Positions 38,301-47,177 of a stretch of DNA of 64,000 nucleotides are shown piece by piece. Within the stretch, counting starts at the first letter, position 1, and the number at the start of each line of letters is the position of its first letter. The notes beneath the pieces are model-generated. The model did not search any database. It was not told the DNA's origin and worked only from the letters and a program-made list of their open reading frames with translations. Both the position numbers and the translations under genes were made by a program. The DNA lies in the IMG/VR virus record IMGVR_UViG_3300027736_000038, positions 1-64,000 of that record. One strand, given 5' to 3'. This DNA comes from an uncultured virus (IMG/VR IMGVR_UViG_3300027736_000038). Lineage: Duplodnaviria; Heunggongvirae; Uroviricota; Caudoviricetes.

Positions 38301-39231
38301 CCGGTGTTCCTGTAGTATTTGTTATAGAGAAATAACCAAGACTTGTTGAAGTTTGTACAGAATAAATCAACAATCTACCTGAACTTACTCTTGCTGAAAT
38401 AATGCCTAATCCTACATCATTAATAGCACTTGCAACTCCTTCAACAGTATTATCTGCTGGAACTTCTATTACAATGTTGTATATACCACTTACATTTATA
38501 GTAAATGTATTAGTTGCAATTAATGTAGGATTACTTACAGTACCTTGAATTGTAGGAACAGAAGCCATCCATTCATTTGATCCCAATGGAACCCAAGTAT
38601 TATTGTAATTCTTTAAAAAGAATTGGTGTGTTGTAACAGGGGCGCCTGTTCCAGTCACTGTTGCATTTACTGCATAACTTCCAATGTTACCAATACTATC
38701 TAATGGATATCCACCTCCAGTTAATGAAGCTGCATCACTAATAACAAGAGGAGATACTGGGACAAATTGTCCTGTTGTTGCATTGAATATATTTATACCC
38801 CAAGTTGAAGTAAGAGTATCTAACCAATATGCGCCGTCAGCAGGGGCACCTGTTGGACGTGCTGTTTGTCCAACTAAACTTGCTAAATCAATATCAGCAC
38901 GTAATACATAACAACGGTTAGTAACGCCTAATAATGAATATGCTGCTAATAAACCATATTCATTTAATTCGTAACCTTGAATTGGTGTTCCAGCTGTTGT
39001 AGTATAGAAGAATGGTGTTCCATACAAACTTACTAAATCTCTTTGGCTTGTAACTTGATACAACTTATTTGCATTTGCAGCAGTTGTAGCGGGTGCTACG
39101 CCTGTACCTGTTGGATTGGCTTTGTTTTGCGCTGTAGCTAATACTACTAGCGGAACAGAACCAGCAGCCGCTGGTAAATATTGACTCTGGTCAATGATCG
39201 TTACTTCTACGCCGGGTGATGTTAATGCCAT
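35368..39231 (-). CDS. contractile tail sheath protein (gp18-like) with large insertions
   Basis: 'LTSPGVEVTIIDQS', 'PWLAAAG.RRG', 'LDRVNVARL', 'FVFEPND..TR', 'CDESNNTPARIDRNEL..D...PVKAAEFIYI'. Confidence 0.92.
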   Translation of the reverse strand: MALTSPGVEVTIIDQSQYLPAAAGSVPLVVLATAQNKANPTGTGVAPATTAANANKLYQVTSQRDLVSLYGTPFFYTTTAGTPIQGYELNEYGLLAAYSLLGVTNRCYVLRADIDLASLVGQTARPTGAPADGAYWLDTLTSTWGINIFNATTGQFVPVSPLVISDAASLTGGGYPLDSIGNIGSYAVNATVTGTGAPVTTHQFFLKNYNNTWVPLGSNEWMASVPTIQGTVSNPTLIATNTFTINVSGIYNIVIEVPADNTVEGVASAINDVGLGIISARVSSGRLLIYSVQTSTSLGYFSITNTTGTPATAMGLPLSTNVYQPILQYGTSSQMPLWSSSQTTPRPTGSIWMKIGSSGNGLEPIVSRYSTTTASWVAKSVSLAQSDWSVTATLDPSGGALIAAGEVYGQYNFNGQFNAGPVYLWERLASGPTVVTGTTTDVVFAGLTSSTSCTATTASSDQITVASSAAFNIGDPVVFTGSVFGNVVVETTYYILDKPTATAVTISATLGGSTFQLANATGTMTMTNPDVSLYVQVSAAGSTNLSAVYSFVVEDGMDNTDFVTAWQSSGIPNTSASITTDGAIQLQHTLGGVIVMNDVIQTAGALKGYSAGILDQAGFIVGDTLFTKYGNQPTVTFTSVTPNSTDSATGTNATVTITGNYGKYVLNGNGVATAGTGYAIGDQLTFLGTQLGGTSPANDLVVQVTAISGDSATGPVTATAWVSGTSSINYSVECSNWVELDFTANEGAPVATPTNGTNWFYSVIDQVDILVQANGQWNGYRNINYDSTGFPSATGSNATDPNGPIIAATEPTTQSDGTTALAYGDLWINTTDLEMYPVISRWQSVESVDQWVLIDNADQTSSKGVAFYDARWSSSGAINPVDDPIPTIKSLLISDYVDLDVPNPAAYPTGMLLFNTRRSGYNVKEFTTGYFTSANYPNAGSYDAGDPTNIDNLPLVSYTWVSQSGLQSNGSPYMGRQAQRNMVVKSLRSAIDTNTDIRDEDNFFNLMATPNYPELQPNMVVLNADRGETGYIIGDTPMRLPPSATDIQAWATNAAGATSTGEEGCVTRNTYLGLFYPSGITSDLSGNLVAVPPSHMMLRTFLRNDTISYPWLAAAGTRRGIIDNATNIGYIDSATGEFVTTKTQIGIRDVLYINFINPLVFFTGVGLLNYGNKTSYNSSSALDRVNVARLIAYVRRQLTLAARPFVFEPNDALTRNQIAGVVQTLMVDLVAKRGIYDYLVICDESNNTPARIDRNELWIDVALEPVKAAEFIYIPVRVLNTGEIASL

Positions 39232-39350
39232 TTTATTTTTCCTTTATGTAAAATTTTGAGGTTTACTACCTGATTGCATACTATTATTTATTAATAAATT
39301 CAAAAAAGTCGGTTTAACCGTACCTTCGAAGGTTTCTAACTAAATACTGT

Positions 39351-39704
39351 ATGCTAAATCAACGCCCAATTTGTATTAAATGTAACAAAAATCATACCGC
39401 TATAAATTATAAACGTGACGGAGTTACACATTACAGAAGTACATGTGATGAATGCGGCCGAAAGAAAAACAAACTAAAGCCTAGAAAGGCTAATTGGACC
39501 AAAAGTGGATATAAAAAAAAAGCCACATGTGATTTATGTGGGTTTAAAAGTCTATTTCTTACACAAATAACCGTGTTTCATATTGACGGAAACTTAGAAC
39601 ATACTGAACATACTAATCTACGTAGTATTTGTTTAAATTGTATAGAAGTAGTTAAGAAAAAAGATGTTACTTGGCGTCGAGGTGATCTACAAATTGACTA
39701 CTAA
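39351..39704 (+). CDS. zinc-binding HNH-like protein
   Basis: CxxC pairs and 'VFHIDGNLEH....NL..ICLNC'; TAAATA 4 nt before ATG. Confidence 0.7.
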   Translation: MLNQRPICIKCNKNHTAINYKRDGVTHYRSTCDECGRKKNKLKPRKANWTKSGYKKKATCDLCGFKSLFLTQITVFHIDGNLEHTEHTNLRSICLNCIEVVKKKDVTWRRGDLQIDY

Positions 39705-40326
39705 TTATTCCGTACATAGTGTTGTGTAATTCATCAATGGTACTGTTGTTATCTACCATATGGTCATAGTCTAGTCCTACACTACTGTACTCACTAGCAT
39801 GAATGTGTAGTTTGTCTAACTTCATTTTGCTTAGAGACCAAGCTGAGTTACCGTTTGGCCCTCTATTGTATGCCACTGCTGAATCATACCATTCAGGATC
39901 AGGGCCTCGTTTTACTCTAATTGCTATACCGCCTATGTTTCTAATAGCATTTACCTCATTGGCAAATCTACAATCGGTAATTACAATATCTTCATTAGAG
40001 TTTAATAGCTTGTGTTCTACGCTTGCTACCCAGATATCATTGTGAAAGTGATTACGACATACATCAGTTCCCCAATATTGTAGTATCCATCTTGGGGTAA
40101 TGTCCATACCCAAACGATTGCTCCACCATTCATCTTTCTGTTCACGCCAAACTCTACTAGCTTTTGTTGTGCCTTCTAAGTATTCACGGTTCCATCCAAA
40201 GATTACTGCTATTGCATCTTTAAGACTGGATGCAAAACTGATTCGTTTAAACCCGTGATGGGTAGTAAGATAGTCAGCAATTGTGTCTTTGCCTGAACCA
40301 ATTAAACCAGTGATACCTATAATCAT
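39667..40326 (-). CDS. deoxynucleoside monophosphate kinase (T4 gp1-like)
   Basis: GLIGSGKDT, SFA..LK, TPR.ILQ..GT, ITDCRF.NE, HASE. Confidence 0.9.
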   Translation of the reverse strand: MIIGITGLIGSGKDTIADYLTTHHGFKRISFASSLKDAIAVIFGWNREYLEGTTKASRVWREQKDEWWSNRLGMDITPRWILQYWGTDVCRNHFHNDIWVASVEHKLLNSNEDIVITDCRFANEVNAIRNIGGIAIRVKRGPDPEWYDSAVAYNRGPNGNSAWSLSKMKLDKLHIHASEYSSVGLDYDHMVDNNSTIDELHNTMYGIISSQFVDHLDAK

Positions 40327-40385
40327 ACAATGTTCCTATAAGTACTTATTATATTACAGTAACAAGACAATAGAAAGCATTTAGG

Positions 40386-41183
40386 TTAACCCTGTACCCA
40401 TGTTAATGGTTGACTGTAATCTACATATTTCTTCAATTCTTCAATCAATAATTCCATTCCAGCTTTGCCTTCTGCTTTCATGGCAGTACCGTTCAATGTT
40501 GTACCGCCACCTGGACCGGCGATAGTGCCAAATTTCTCACGGGCTTCACCAATCATAACTTTAAGATTAGCTAAAATAAAATCACCAATCCATACACCAG
40601 CGCCCGGGTCTTGTAGTAATATTTCTTCTGTCTTTTGTACATCGGCCCATATCAATACACGCTCTCCCGATCCTTTTGGATCACGAACAATACGCAATAT
40701 CTTGGACACTGGGTTGAATGTGTATGTTACATAACCACCGAACATTCTTGCTGCTAACTCAACATAACCTGCATAAAAGTCATATGTTGCCATACCGCCA
40801 GCATAATTATAGTTAAGCAAATAGGTGTTTAGAATAGCACTACTAAACGGATCAAAACTGCTGCTTGATGGCCCAGTTTCTAAACCAATTGTTCTACGGA
40901 AAATACTTCTTACATTGATAAACTCAGCAGGAAGAGTGTAGGTATCTACATTCTTTTCAATGGTCATTAGAATATAAGATTCTTCCGTAGCGGCTTGTGC
41001 CCGTTGACGATAGACCTTAATAGCGTAATTGTACGCTGCCTCGTAATGTTGAGGATCCAATTCAATATCAATCATCCCGTCACCAAGACGATATCTAAGA
41101 TTACTGAATAATCCCTCTTTTAATTCTGATAAAGTTAACCCGGTTGGAGTTGAAAGAACAGAAGCGGTTGGATATGTTGACAT
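40386..41183 (-). CDS. neck/head-tail adaptor (gp13-like)
   Basis: 'RLG...IDIELD..HY', 'G..R.KF..I.GP.GG.TLNG' pattern. Confidence 0.75.
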   Translation of the reverse strand: MSTYPTASVLSTPTGLTLSELKEGLFSNLRYRLGDGMIDIELDPQHYEAAYNYAIKVYRQRAQAATEESYILMTIEKNVDTYTLPAEFINVRSIFRRTIGLETGPSSSSFDPFSSAILNTYLLNYNYAGGMATYDFYAGYVELAARMFGGYVTYTFNPVSKILRIVRDPKGSGERVLIWADVQKTEEILLQDPGAGVWIGDFILANLKVMIGEAREKFGTIAGPGGGTTLNGTAMKAEGKAGMELLIEELKKYVDYSQPLTWVQG

Positions 41184-41184
41184 A

Positions 41185-41220
41185 AGTGTTACCTAATAAT
41201 ACTATTTATCAGGTAACACT
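41185..41220 (-). promoter_or_regulatory. late promoter (GATAAATA, 41203-41210) in the loop of a 10-bp RBS-sequestering hairpin
   Basis: AGTGTTACCT (41185-41194) / AGGTAACACT (41211-41220) perfect inverted repeat. Confidence 0.7.
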
Positions 41221-41232
41221 ATGGTTCATGTA

Positions 41233-41679
41233 TTACAAGTCGCCGTCTTTACGATTTTCGCTGTAAAATGCGTCAAACTTTCCACCGGGATAGCGTGACT
41301 CTAACTTGCGTATATTCTCAGCAATCACTTCGTTGGGGTCAAGATTCAACGCACGACATGCATTTACCCAGTACCACATAATGTCACCGAGTTCACGTTT
41401 CATATGAAATACATTCTCGTCAGTCAATGCTTTACCCTGAAAAATGATCTTCTTGGGCACTTCAATAAATTCACCACTTTCAGCCGCTAATCCAAAACAT
41501 GCTGTGATTAGTAGTGGAATATTAACATCAGGTCCATGCTTCATCTGATTGTCTGCTAAGTCTAGTTCATAGTTAGCATCTAACCGATCTATCGTATCAT
41601 GGAATGTAGTCAGGTCATTGCTTGCTTGACTAGTAACTGCCTCTACAAACTCTTGGTATTTGTTTAAATCAATTTTCAT
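41233..41679 (-). CDS. mazG: MazG-like nucleotide pyrophosphohydrolase
   Basis: 'GLAAESGEF.E..KK...QGK', 'RELGDIMWY', 'N..KL..RYP'. Confidence 0.88.
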   Translation of the reverse strand: MKIDLNKYQEFVEAVTSQASNDLTTFHDTIDRLDANYELDLADNQMKHGPDVNIPLLITACFGLAAESGEFIEVPKKIIFQGKALTDENVFHMKRELGDIMWYWVNACRALNLDPNEVIAENIRKLESRYPGGKFDAFYSENRKDGDL

Positions 41680-41852
41680 GGTGTTGTTGCAGTATCAATT
41701 CCAATGACACCTCCCAAGAAAATCTGCAACCAGCCATTTGCACTTTGTCCGCTAGCAAGCAAACTTAACCCACTCAAAATATTGAGTCCGGCAACTGTAT
41801 ATCCAATCGTTTTACGGTTACGATCAAACCATATAAAAAATTTATCTGTCAT
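41676..41852 (-). CDS. small membrane protein (58 aa), not in the ORF track
   Basis: MTDKFFIWFDRNRKTIGYTVAGLNILSGLSLL...; two hydrophobic segments; ATGA overlaps at both ends. Confidence 0.7.
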   Translation of the reverse strand: MTDKFFIWFDRNRKTIGYTVAGLNILSGLSLLASGQSANGWLQIFLGGVIGIDTATTP

Positions 41853-42037
41853 ACATAATCCTTAAACATTTCTTTTCTTCCTTCTACACCCAATTCAGAC
41901 TCAAATATCTCTTTAGACCTCTGCATCATAGCACAGGCTAACATTAATATTTCATTTCTGTCATCGGTCATTGCTATTGACTGGTCAATCATAACCATAA
42001 TCTCTGTCATTCGTTGTTGTACCTCTTGTCTGTTCAT
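41849..42037 (-). CDS. small hypothetical protein
   Basis: 62 aa in operon. Confidence 0.65.
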   Translation of the reverse strand: MNRQEVQQRMTEIMVMIDQSIAMTDDRNEILMLACAMMQRSKEIFESELGVEGRKEMFKDYV

Positions 42038-42038
42038 T

Positions 42039-43205
42039 TTAAAACGCTTTCAAAATCAACATATTTTCGTTGAACCTTCCATTGGGCACTGCACCTACTG
42101 CTTTGATATCTTTGAAATACTTACGTGCTGCGGGCTTGCTTCCCATCACTTCTTTGATTTGCTCGCCGGGCTTACGTAATGTTTTCATCTCACTAGTATT
42201 CGCATCAAACCCTAGCAATGTGTTACCCTTAACACTGAACACTTTGCTATAATCGTCAGCAATGTAGTGATGTAATTTACGCTTACCAGTATCATAAACC
42301 CACGCTTCACTTGCCCCGTGAAGTTTTGTAGGATGTACACTAACTAAATCAAGTTTAGATTGAACATCCTTGAACAACTTCAAGTATTTCAGTTTAGCAA
42401 CAATCTTTTCAACAGGGACTGCTTTACGTTTGCGCGGAGCCTTGCTTGCTTTCTTAATGCTGATATAGCTATTCAAGTCACCTAGCACACCCTCAATAAA
42501 TTTCAGAATGTTACGAATCTGAATCTTGCCTAGGAACGCATAACCCTCTTTTAGAGACTCGTCACCGTCACTTAGACGTTGAAATTCATCTTGCTTACGT
42601 TTCCAGATTTCAACAATGATTGGGATATGTTGAGGCATGACATTGTATTTTGCAACAATATCAACTGTCTTTTCCAACGCTTTGCCCTTAGTAACAAAAT
42701 CGTCAATCATCCCTTCCATTTCGCCGGCGGCATCTCGTGCCTTTTCTTTCAGAATTTCCTGAATGTTGGGGCGTGTTGCAACCACTTCTTCTTTTACGAT
42801 ACTGGTTGCGCTAGTTTTTGTTTCTGTAGAATTCAATGATTTGACTAGTCGTCCAATATCATTTTGCAATGTCAGTTCTTCATGCTCGGTTAATTCTAGC
42901 CCGCGCATTGTCATACGTGCTACCCAGCACAATGTAATAATGAATTCGCTTTCATGGACCTTACGAACCAACTTAGCCTCGTCTGTTCGCTTATTGTAAT
43001 CCAGATATTGACACAATAGTTCTTTTGCGTCTTTTTTAGTATAGAAACGGGTGTACCACGTAAAACTTCTAGCAAGTGCTGAAAATCTTGTTTCGGGTTC
43101 GGGCTGGGTCGGGAAGAATGGTTCTTCACCCATATACTTTGTATCAGCATCTCTGGGGTTGAGTGCTTTTACAAAATGATCGTCTGTATGCTTACGTGTA
43201 GCCAT
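42039..43205 (-). CDS. hypothetical early protein
   Basis: 388 aa, GGAG SD, behind a sigma70 promoter; C-terminal 'KTLRKP...GRFNE..LILKAF'. Confidence 0.7.
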   Translation of the reverse strand: MATRKHTDDHFVKALNPRDADTKYMGEEPFFPTQPEPETRFSALARSFTWYTRFYTKKDAKELLCQYLDYNKRTDEAKLVRKVHESEFIITLCWVARMTMRGLELTEHEELTLQNDIGRLVKSLNSTETKTSATSIVKEEVVATRPNIQEILKEKARDAAGEMEGMIDDFVTKGKALEKTVDIVAKYNVMPQHIPIIVEIWKRKQDEFQRLSDGDESLKEGYAFLGKIQIRNILKFIEGVLGDLNSYISIKKASKAPRKRKAVPVEKIVAKLKYLKLFKDVQSKLDLVSVHPTKLHGASEAWVYDTGKRKLHHYIADDYSKVFSVKGNTLLGFDANTSEMKTLRKPGEQIKEVMGSKPAARKYFKDIKAVGAVPNGRFNENMLILKAF

Positions 43206-43235
43206 ATATTACTCCAAAGTTTCAATTGAATACGT

Positions 43236-43264
43236 AGTATAACACAATAACCATTTAATGTCAA
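43236..43264 (-). promoter_or_regulatory. sigma70-type early promoter
   Basis: TTGACA-17-TATACT with extended TG. Confidence 0.8.
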
Positions 43265-43324
43265 GTTTTTGGTAATACGCCGTCGTCTGTATTTACGATA
43301 AATAAGTAATAAGGTAGGTTAATT

Positions 43325-45028
43325 ATGCCCCGGCTTTCACTTTGGCGTCCCAATAAAACTAATGATTATAACTTTTTTGATAAGATAATATCAGAACAGT
43401 TCACCGCAGGTTCCACGGATTTGTATGTACATAAGTATATGGGTCCAACAAACCAAGGTCCATCAATTGATGCTACCCAACCTGAATATGATGTATTAGC
43501 CCCGACTAATATACAAGATTTGTTATTCTTGGAAAACCGTGACAGAACATATGACCCAAATGTATATCGTTTACGTGGACATTACAATGTACAGAATTTA
43601 GATTTTGATTTAAGTCAGTTTGGATTATTCTTAAACAATGATATTATATTCATTACAGTTCATTATAATGATATGATTGATTTGATTGGTAGAAAGTTAA
43701 TGGTTGGTGATGTAATTGAATTACCTCATTTACTAGATTACAACCCCTTAAAGGAAACTATCCCAACTGCATTGAAACGTTTCATGCAAATTACCGACGC
43801 TAATTATGCTAGCGAGGGGTTTAGTCCAACTTGGTTCCCGCATCTATGGCGTATCAAATGTGAACCATTGGTTGATAGTGAAGAATTTAGTCAGATATTA
43901 AGTGCTCCAATAGACCAAGATACTTATTTAGGTATATGGGACAAAAATAAAACATATCCTGCAGGATATGTAATTACTTACGGTGATAAAAATTACAAGG
44001 CATTAATTGATGTTCCGGCCGGGACATACCCACCTGATCCTACATATTGGCAATTAGATACCGCGGATAATCTTAAAGATATTCTTGCTACTTACAATAA
44101 GAACATTGAAATTAACAATGCTGCCCTTGTTGAAGCAGAACGTCTTGTACCTAAGGCAGGTTACGATAGAAGTAATCTATATATTGTACCCACGTACGGT
44201 GAATATTCAAGTGATGGAGTTTTATCCCGAGCCATTAATAATCCTGCACCACCGGTTGGGGTTAATACAAATGGTAGTAATCCAGTTATAAATGTTAGAG
44301 TAATGATGGTTCGTAACTCTAATTTTAAAAATCCTAGCCCAGTACTTAAAATTTCTAAAGCAGCAATAAAAAGTATTTGGGACATGACGGCTGATATGGG
44401 ATATGATAAGTTAGATATTTTCAACACTGTCAATTTAGAAACAGTTACCTTAGCACCTGAAAGAACAGATACTAATTCAGGGCAGGTAACAGGGAACAAA
44501 ATATTAACAGTATATTCAATGGGACAAATTACCGGACCATACGGTACTGCTGATAATACATATGCAACTGCTGATGCTAACCCAGAACTACCGGGATTTA
44601 CTGGTACAATTAATCAGGATATGGATTGGAGAGCAGATTGTGATCCGGCATTCCAATTCATTGCACGTAGTAGCCCAAGAAGTTTTGGATATACGACAGG
44701 ATATTTAGATGGCACCGGAGAAGCACCAAATGGATTCCCAACTGGAGCTGGTATAAGTTTCCCACAAAATCCACAAGTTGGAGATTACTTTTTACGTATT
44801 GATTACTTCCCGCAATTGCTATATCGCTGGGATGGTAGAATATGGGTTAGAATATCTAAAAATGTCAGAACGCCTACAGGCATGACGGAAGCAGATAAAT
44901 CACAGAAATCTAGCTTTATTAATGATAGGGCGCAAACAAAACTTACAGATGGAACATTTGTTCCGCAACGTCAAGCGTTGTCAACTATTTTAGGATTGAC
45001 ACCTGACCCGTTGCCCCCAGTAGTATAA
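43325..45028 (+). CDS. neck protein (gp14-like) with carbohydrate-binding-like insert
   Basis: 'LSQFGLFL..D...IT.H..DM....GRKLMVGDVIELPH', 'W..KCEP'; late box GATAAATA at 43297-43304. Confidence 0.65.
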   Translation: MPRLSLWRPNKTNDYNFFDKIISEQFTAGSTDLYVHKYMGPTNQGPSIDATQPEYDVLAPTNIQDLLFLENRDRTYDPNVYRLRGHYNVQNLDFDLSQFGLFLNNDIIFITVHYNDMIDLIGRKLMVGDVIELPHLLDYNPLKETIPTALKRFMQITDANYASEGFSPTWFPHLWRIKCEPLVDSEEFSQILSAPIDQDTYLGIWDKNKTYPAGYVITYGDKNYKALIDVPAGTYPPDPTYWQLDTADNLKDILATYNKNIEINNAALVEAERLVPKAGYDRSNLYIVPTYGEYSSDGVLSRAINNPAPPVGVNTNGSNPVINVRVMMVRNSNFKNPSPVLKISKAAIKSIWDMTADMGYDKLDIFNTVNLETVTLAPERTDTNSGQVTGNKILTVYSMGQITGPYGTADNTYATADANPELPGFTGTINQDMDWRADCDPAFQFIARSSPRSFGYTTGYLDGTGEAPNGFPTGAGISFPQNPQVGDYFLRIDYFPQLLYRWDGRIWVRISKNVRTPTGMTEADKSQKSSFINDRAQTKLTDGTFVPQRQALSTILGLTPDPLPPVV

Positions 45029-45038
45029 AGAGTATATA

Positions 45039-46415
45039 ATGGCAGATTTTTTCTATGACAATCAGGTACGCAGATTTTTAATTCAATTTGCAAAAATTTT
45101 CAGTAACTGGCAAGTTACTAAAGGCAAAGATCCAGCGGGTAATGAAATATTAGTTCGTGTTCCTGTTATGTATGGTGATAGCAGCAGACAGGCATCAACT
45201 ATTATTGCTAATAATAGTGCCAGTAACTTACCAAGCGCACCTCTAATAACATATTATATTACTGCATTGGAATACGATCAACGCAGAACACAAGATCCTA
45301 CATTTATTGATAAGGTGCAAGTTCGACAACGATCTTATAATAACGACACACAAGAATATGAAACTGTGCAAGGACAGGCATTCACGGTAGAAAGATTAAT
45401 GCCAGTGCCTTATACATTAAGACTTACTGTAGATTTTTGGACTACAAACTATAATCAAAAACTGCAATTAATAGAACAATTAGGCACATTGTTTAACCCT
45501 GCATTAGAGATACAAAGTACTGATAACTTTATTGATTGGACCTCATTAAGTGTTGTATACCAAGATGGATTAACTTTCAGTAGTCGCAGTATTCCAGTAG
45601 GCACCGGTAATCCAATTGATGTTATGAGTTGGAAATTCTATATGCCAATTTGGATTAGTACAGCAAGTAAACTTAAGAAGATGGGTGTTATTGAAAAAAT
45701 TATTGCATCAATCTTTAAAGGCACAGCATTAACTGATATACAAGATGATGATTTGCTGTTAGGAACTAGACCAAAAATCACACCATACGGATACAAATTA
45801 TTGCTATTGGGAAATACATTACAAATATTGCCACAAGCAGTTGCGTTTGATCCAAGTAATTTTAATACAGAATTACCTGATAATCCCAATACTGATATAT
45901 ATTGGTCTAGTGTGTTAAATGTGTATGGAACAGTTAAACCAGGTATTAGTCAAATTTGGCTACAAAATCCATTTATGGATCACGAAATTGTAGGCACTAT
46001 TGTACCTAATCCCAATGATGATAGATTATTAATCTATAACATTGACCCTGATACATTACCACAAAATACATTGGATCCAGTTGACGGTGTGATAAACCCT
46101 CAATTAACTGGTCCAAATGCAGGATTGCCCGGGCCAGTTAATGGACGTAGATATCTTCTAGTAGATAACATTGGTGCTCCCGGTGATAGCACTGTTGCAT
46201 GGGGTAATGTAGTAGCATTTGCTAATGACATTATTGAATACAATGCCGGCGCTGGAGAATGGTTTGTAAGTTTTGATAGCACTATTGCAACCCCAACTAC
46301 ATTAGAATATGTAACTAACTTAACAACTAATGTCCAATATCGTTTTGTAGATGATACTTGGATGAAATCATACGAAGGATGGTATGATCAAGGGGATTAT
46401 TCTATCGTCATCTAA
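45039..46415 (+). CDS. tail terminator/sheath stabiliser (gp15-like) with C-terminal extension
   Basis: 'FFYD.Q.RR...QF...FSN', 'VPV.YG', 'PVPY.L....D.WT....QK.Q..EQ....FNP'. Confidence 0.75.
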   Translation: MADFFYDNQVRRFLIQFAKIFSNWQVTKGKDPAGNEILVRVPVMYGDSSRQASTIIANNSASNLPSAPLITYYITALEYDQRRTQDPTFIDKVQVRQRSYNNDTQEYETVQGQAFTVERLMPVPYTLRLTVDFWTTNYNQKLQLIEQLGTLFNPALEIQSTDNFIDWTSLSVVYQDGLTFSSRSIPVGTGNPIDVMSWKFYMPIWISTASKLKKMGVIEKIIASIFKGTALTDIQDDDLLLGTRPKITPYGYKLLLLGNTLQILPQAVAFDPSNFNTELPDNPNTDIYWSSVLNVYGTVKPGISQIWLQNPFMDHEIVGTIVPNPNDDRLLIYNIDPDTLPQNTLDPVDGVINPQLTGPNAGLPGPVNGRRYLLVDNIGAPGDSTVAWGNVVAFANDIIEYNAGAGEWFVSFDSTIATPTTLEYVTNLTTNVQYRFVDDTWMKSYEGWYDQGDYSIVI

Positions 46416-46434
46416 TACTGTGATAAATCATAGT

Positions 46435-46851
46435 ATGAGCAATACATCAGCCGGAGTTTTCTTTTATAGTAGTAAAACAAATCGCTACCTATATCTATTA
46501 CGCACAGACAACAAAAACCCTGGCAATTGGGGTATTCCCGGCGGCAAGATAGAAGATGATGAAACTCTGTTTGAGGGTATTGCTAGAGAATGTCAGGAAG
46601 AAATTGGAATGTTTCCAATTAATGCTAAATTAATACCTATACAGAAATTCATCAATCACACCTTTACCTATCATACATTCTTTTGTGAGGTAGAAGATGA
46701 GTTTGTTCCTGCACTTAATGAAGAACATTGTGGATATGCATGGGTAGGAGATAATCAATATCCCAAGCCATTACATCCTGGATTGTTTAGTACTGTGAAT
46801 TTTGATGTTGTCCAGGACAAGTTAAAGACACTTACAAAAAAAGAGACCTAA
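46435..46851 (+). CDS. Nudix hydrolase
   Basis: Nudix box GGKIEDDETLFEGIARECQEEIG; start reassigned to ATG 46435. Confidence 0.88.
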   Translation: MSNTSAGVFFYSSKTNRYLYLLRTDNKNPGNWGIPGGKIEDDETLFEGIARECQEEIGMFPINAKLIPIQKFINHTFTYHTFFCEVEDEFVPALNEEHCGYAWVGDNQYPKPLHPGLFSTVNFDVVQDKLKTLTKKET

Positions 46852-46863
46852 GTCTCTTTTTTT
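46836..46863. terminator. bidirectional intrinsic terminator
   Basis: AAAAAAAGAGAC-CTAA-GTCTCTTTTTTT between convergent genes. Confidence 0.8.
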
Positions 46864-47176
46864 ATTTTAGCAATGTTGACACTGTATTGAATCCCATAGA
46901 GCCGATTATTACACCTGCTCCCATCATCATCCAGCGCCATTTTTCTAAAACTGAAATCTTTCCAGCTAATTCGCTATGTTCCTTAACATCTTGTTCACGC
47001 ATAGTTTTCAACATTTGTCTAGTTTCTTCTGCGTTCTCATCTAGGGCATCACGAATTGACTTCAAATCCATTTTAAGATCACCAATTTTATCCTCGATGT
47101 TCTTAACTTGGACTTGAAGTACCGCAATTTCAGTTTCAGGTTGCATTTTAACGGCCTTACTTGATGCGGTTGCCAT
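46862..47176 (-). CDS. coiled-coil protein with C-terminal transmembrane helix
   Basis: Heptad region then 'LEKWRWMMMGAGVIIG'; start at MATASS. Confidence 0.65.
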   Translation of the reverse strand: MATASSKAVKMQPETEIAVLQVQVKNIEDKIGDLKMDLKSIRDALDENAEETRQMLKTMREQDVKEHSELAGKISVLEKWRWMMMGAGVIIGSMGFNTVSTLLK

Positions 47177-47177
47177 A

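Noticed and set aside
39351..39704. Mobile homing endonuclease or intron
   Set aside because: Short free-standing HNH-like ORF with no interrupted host gene or intron structure
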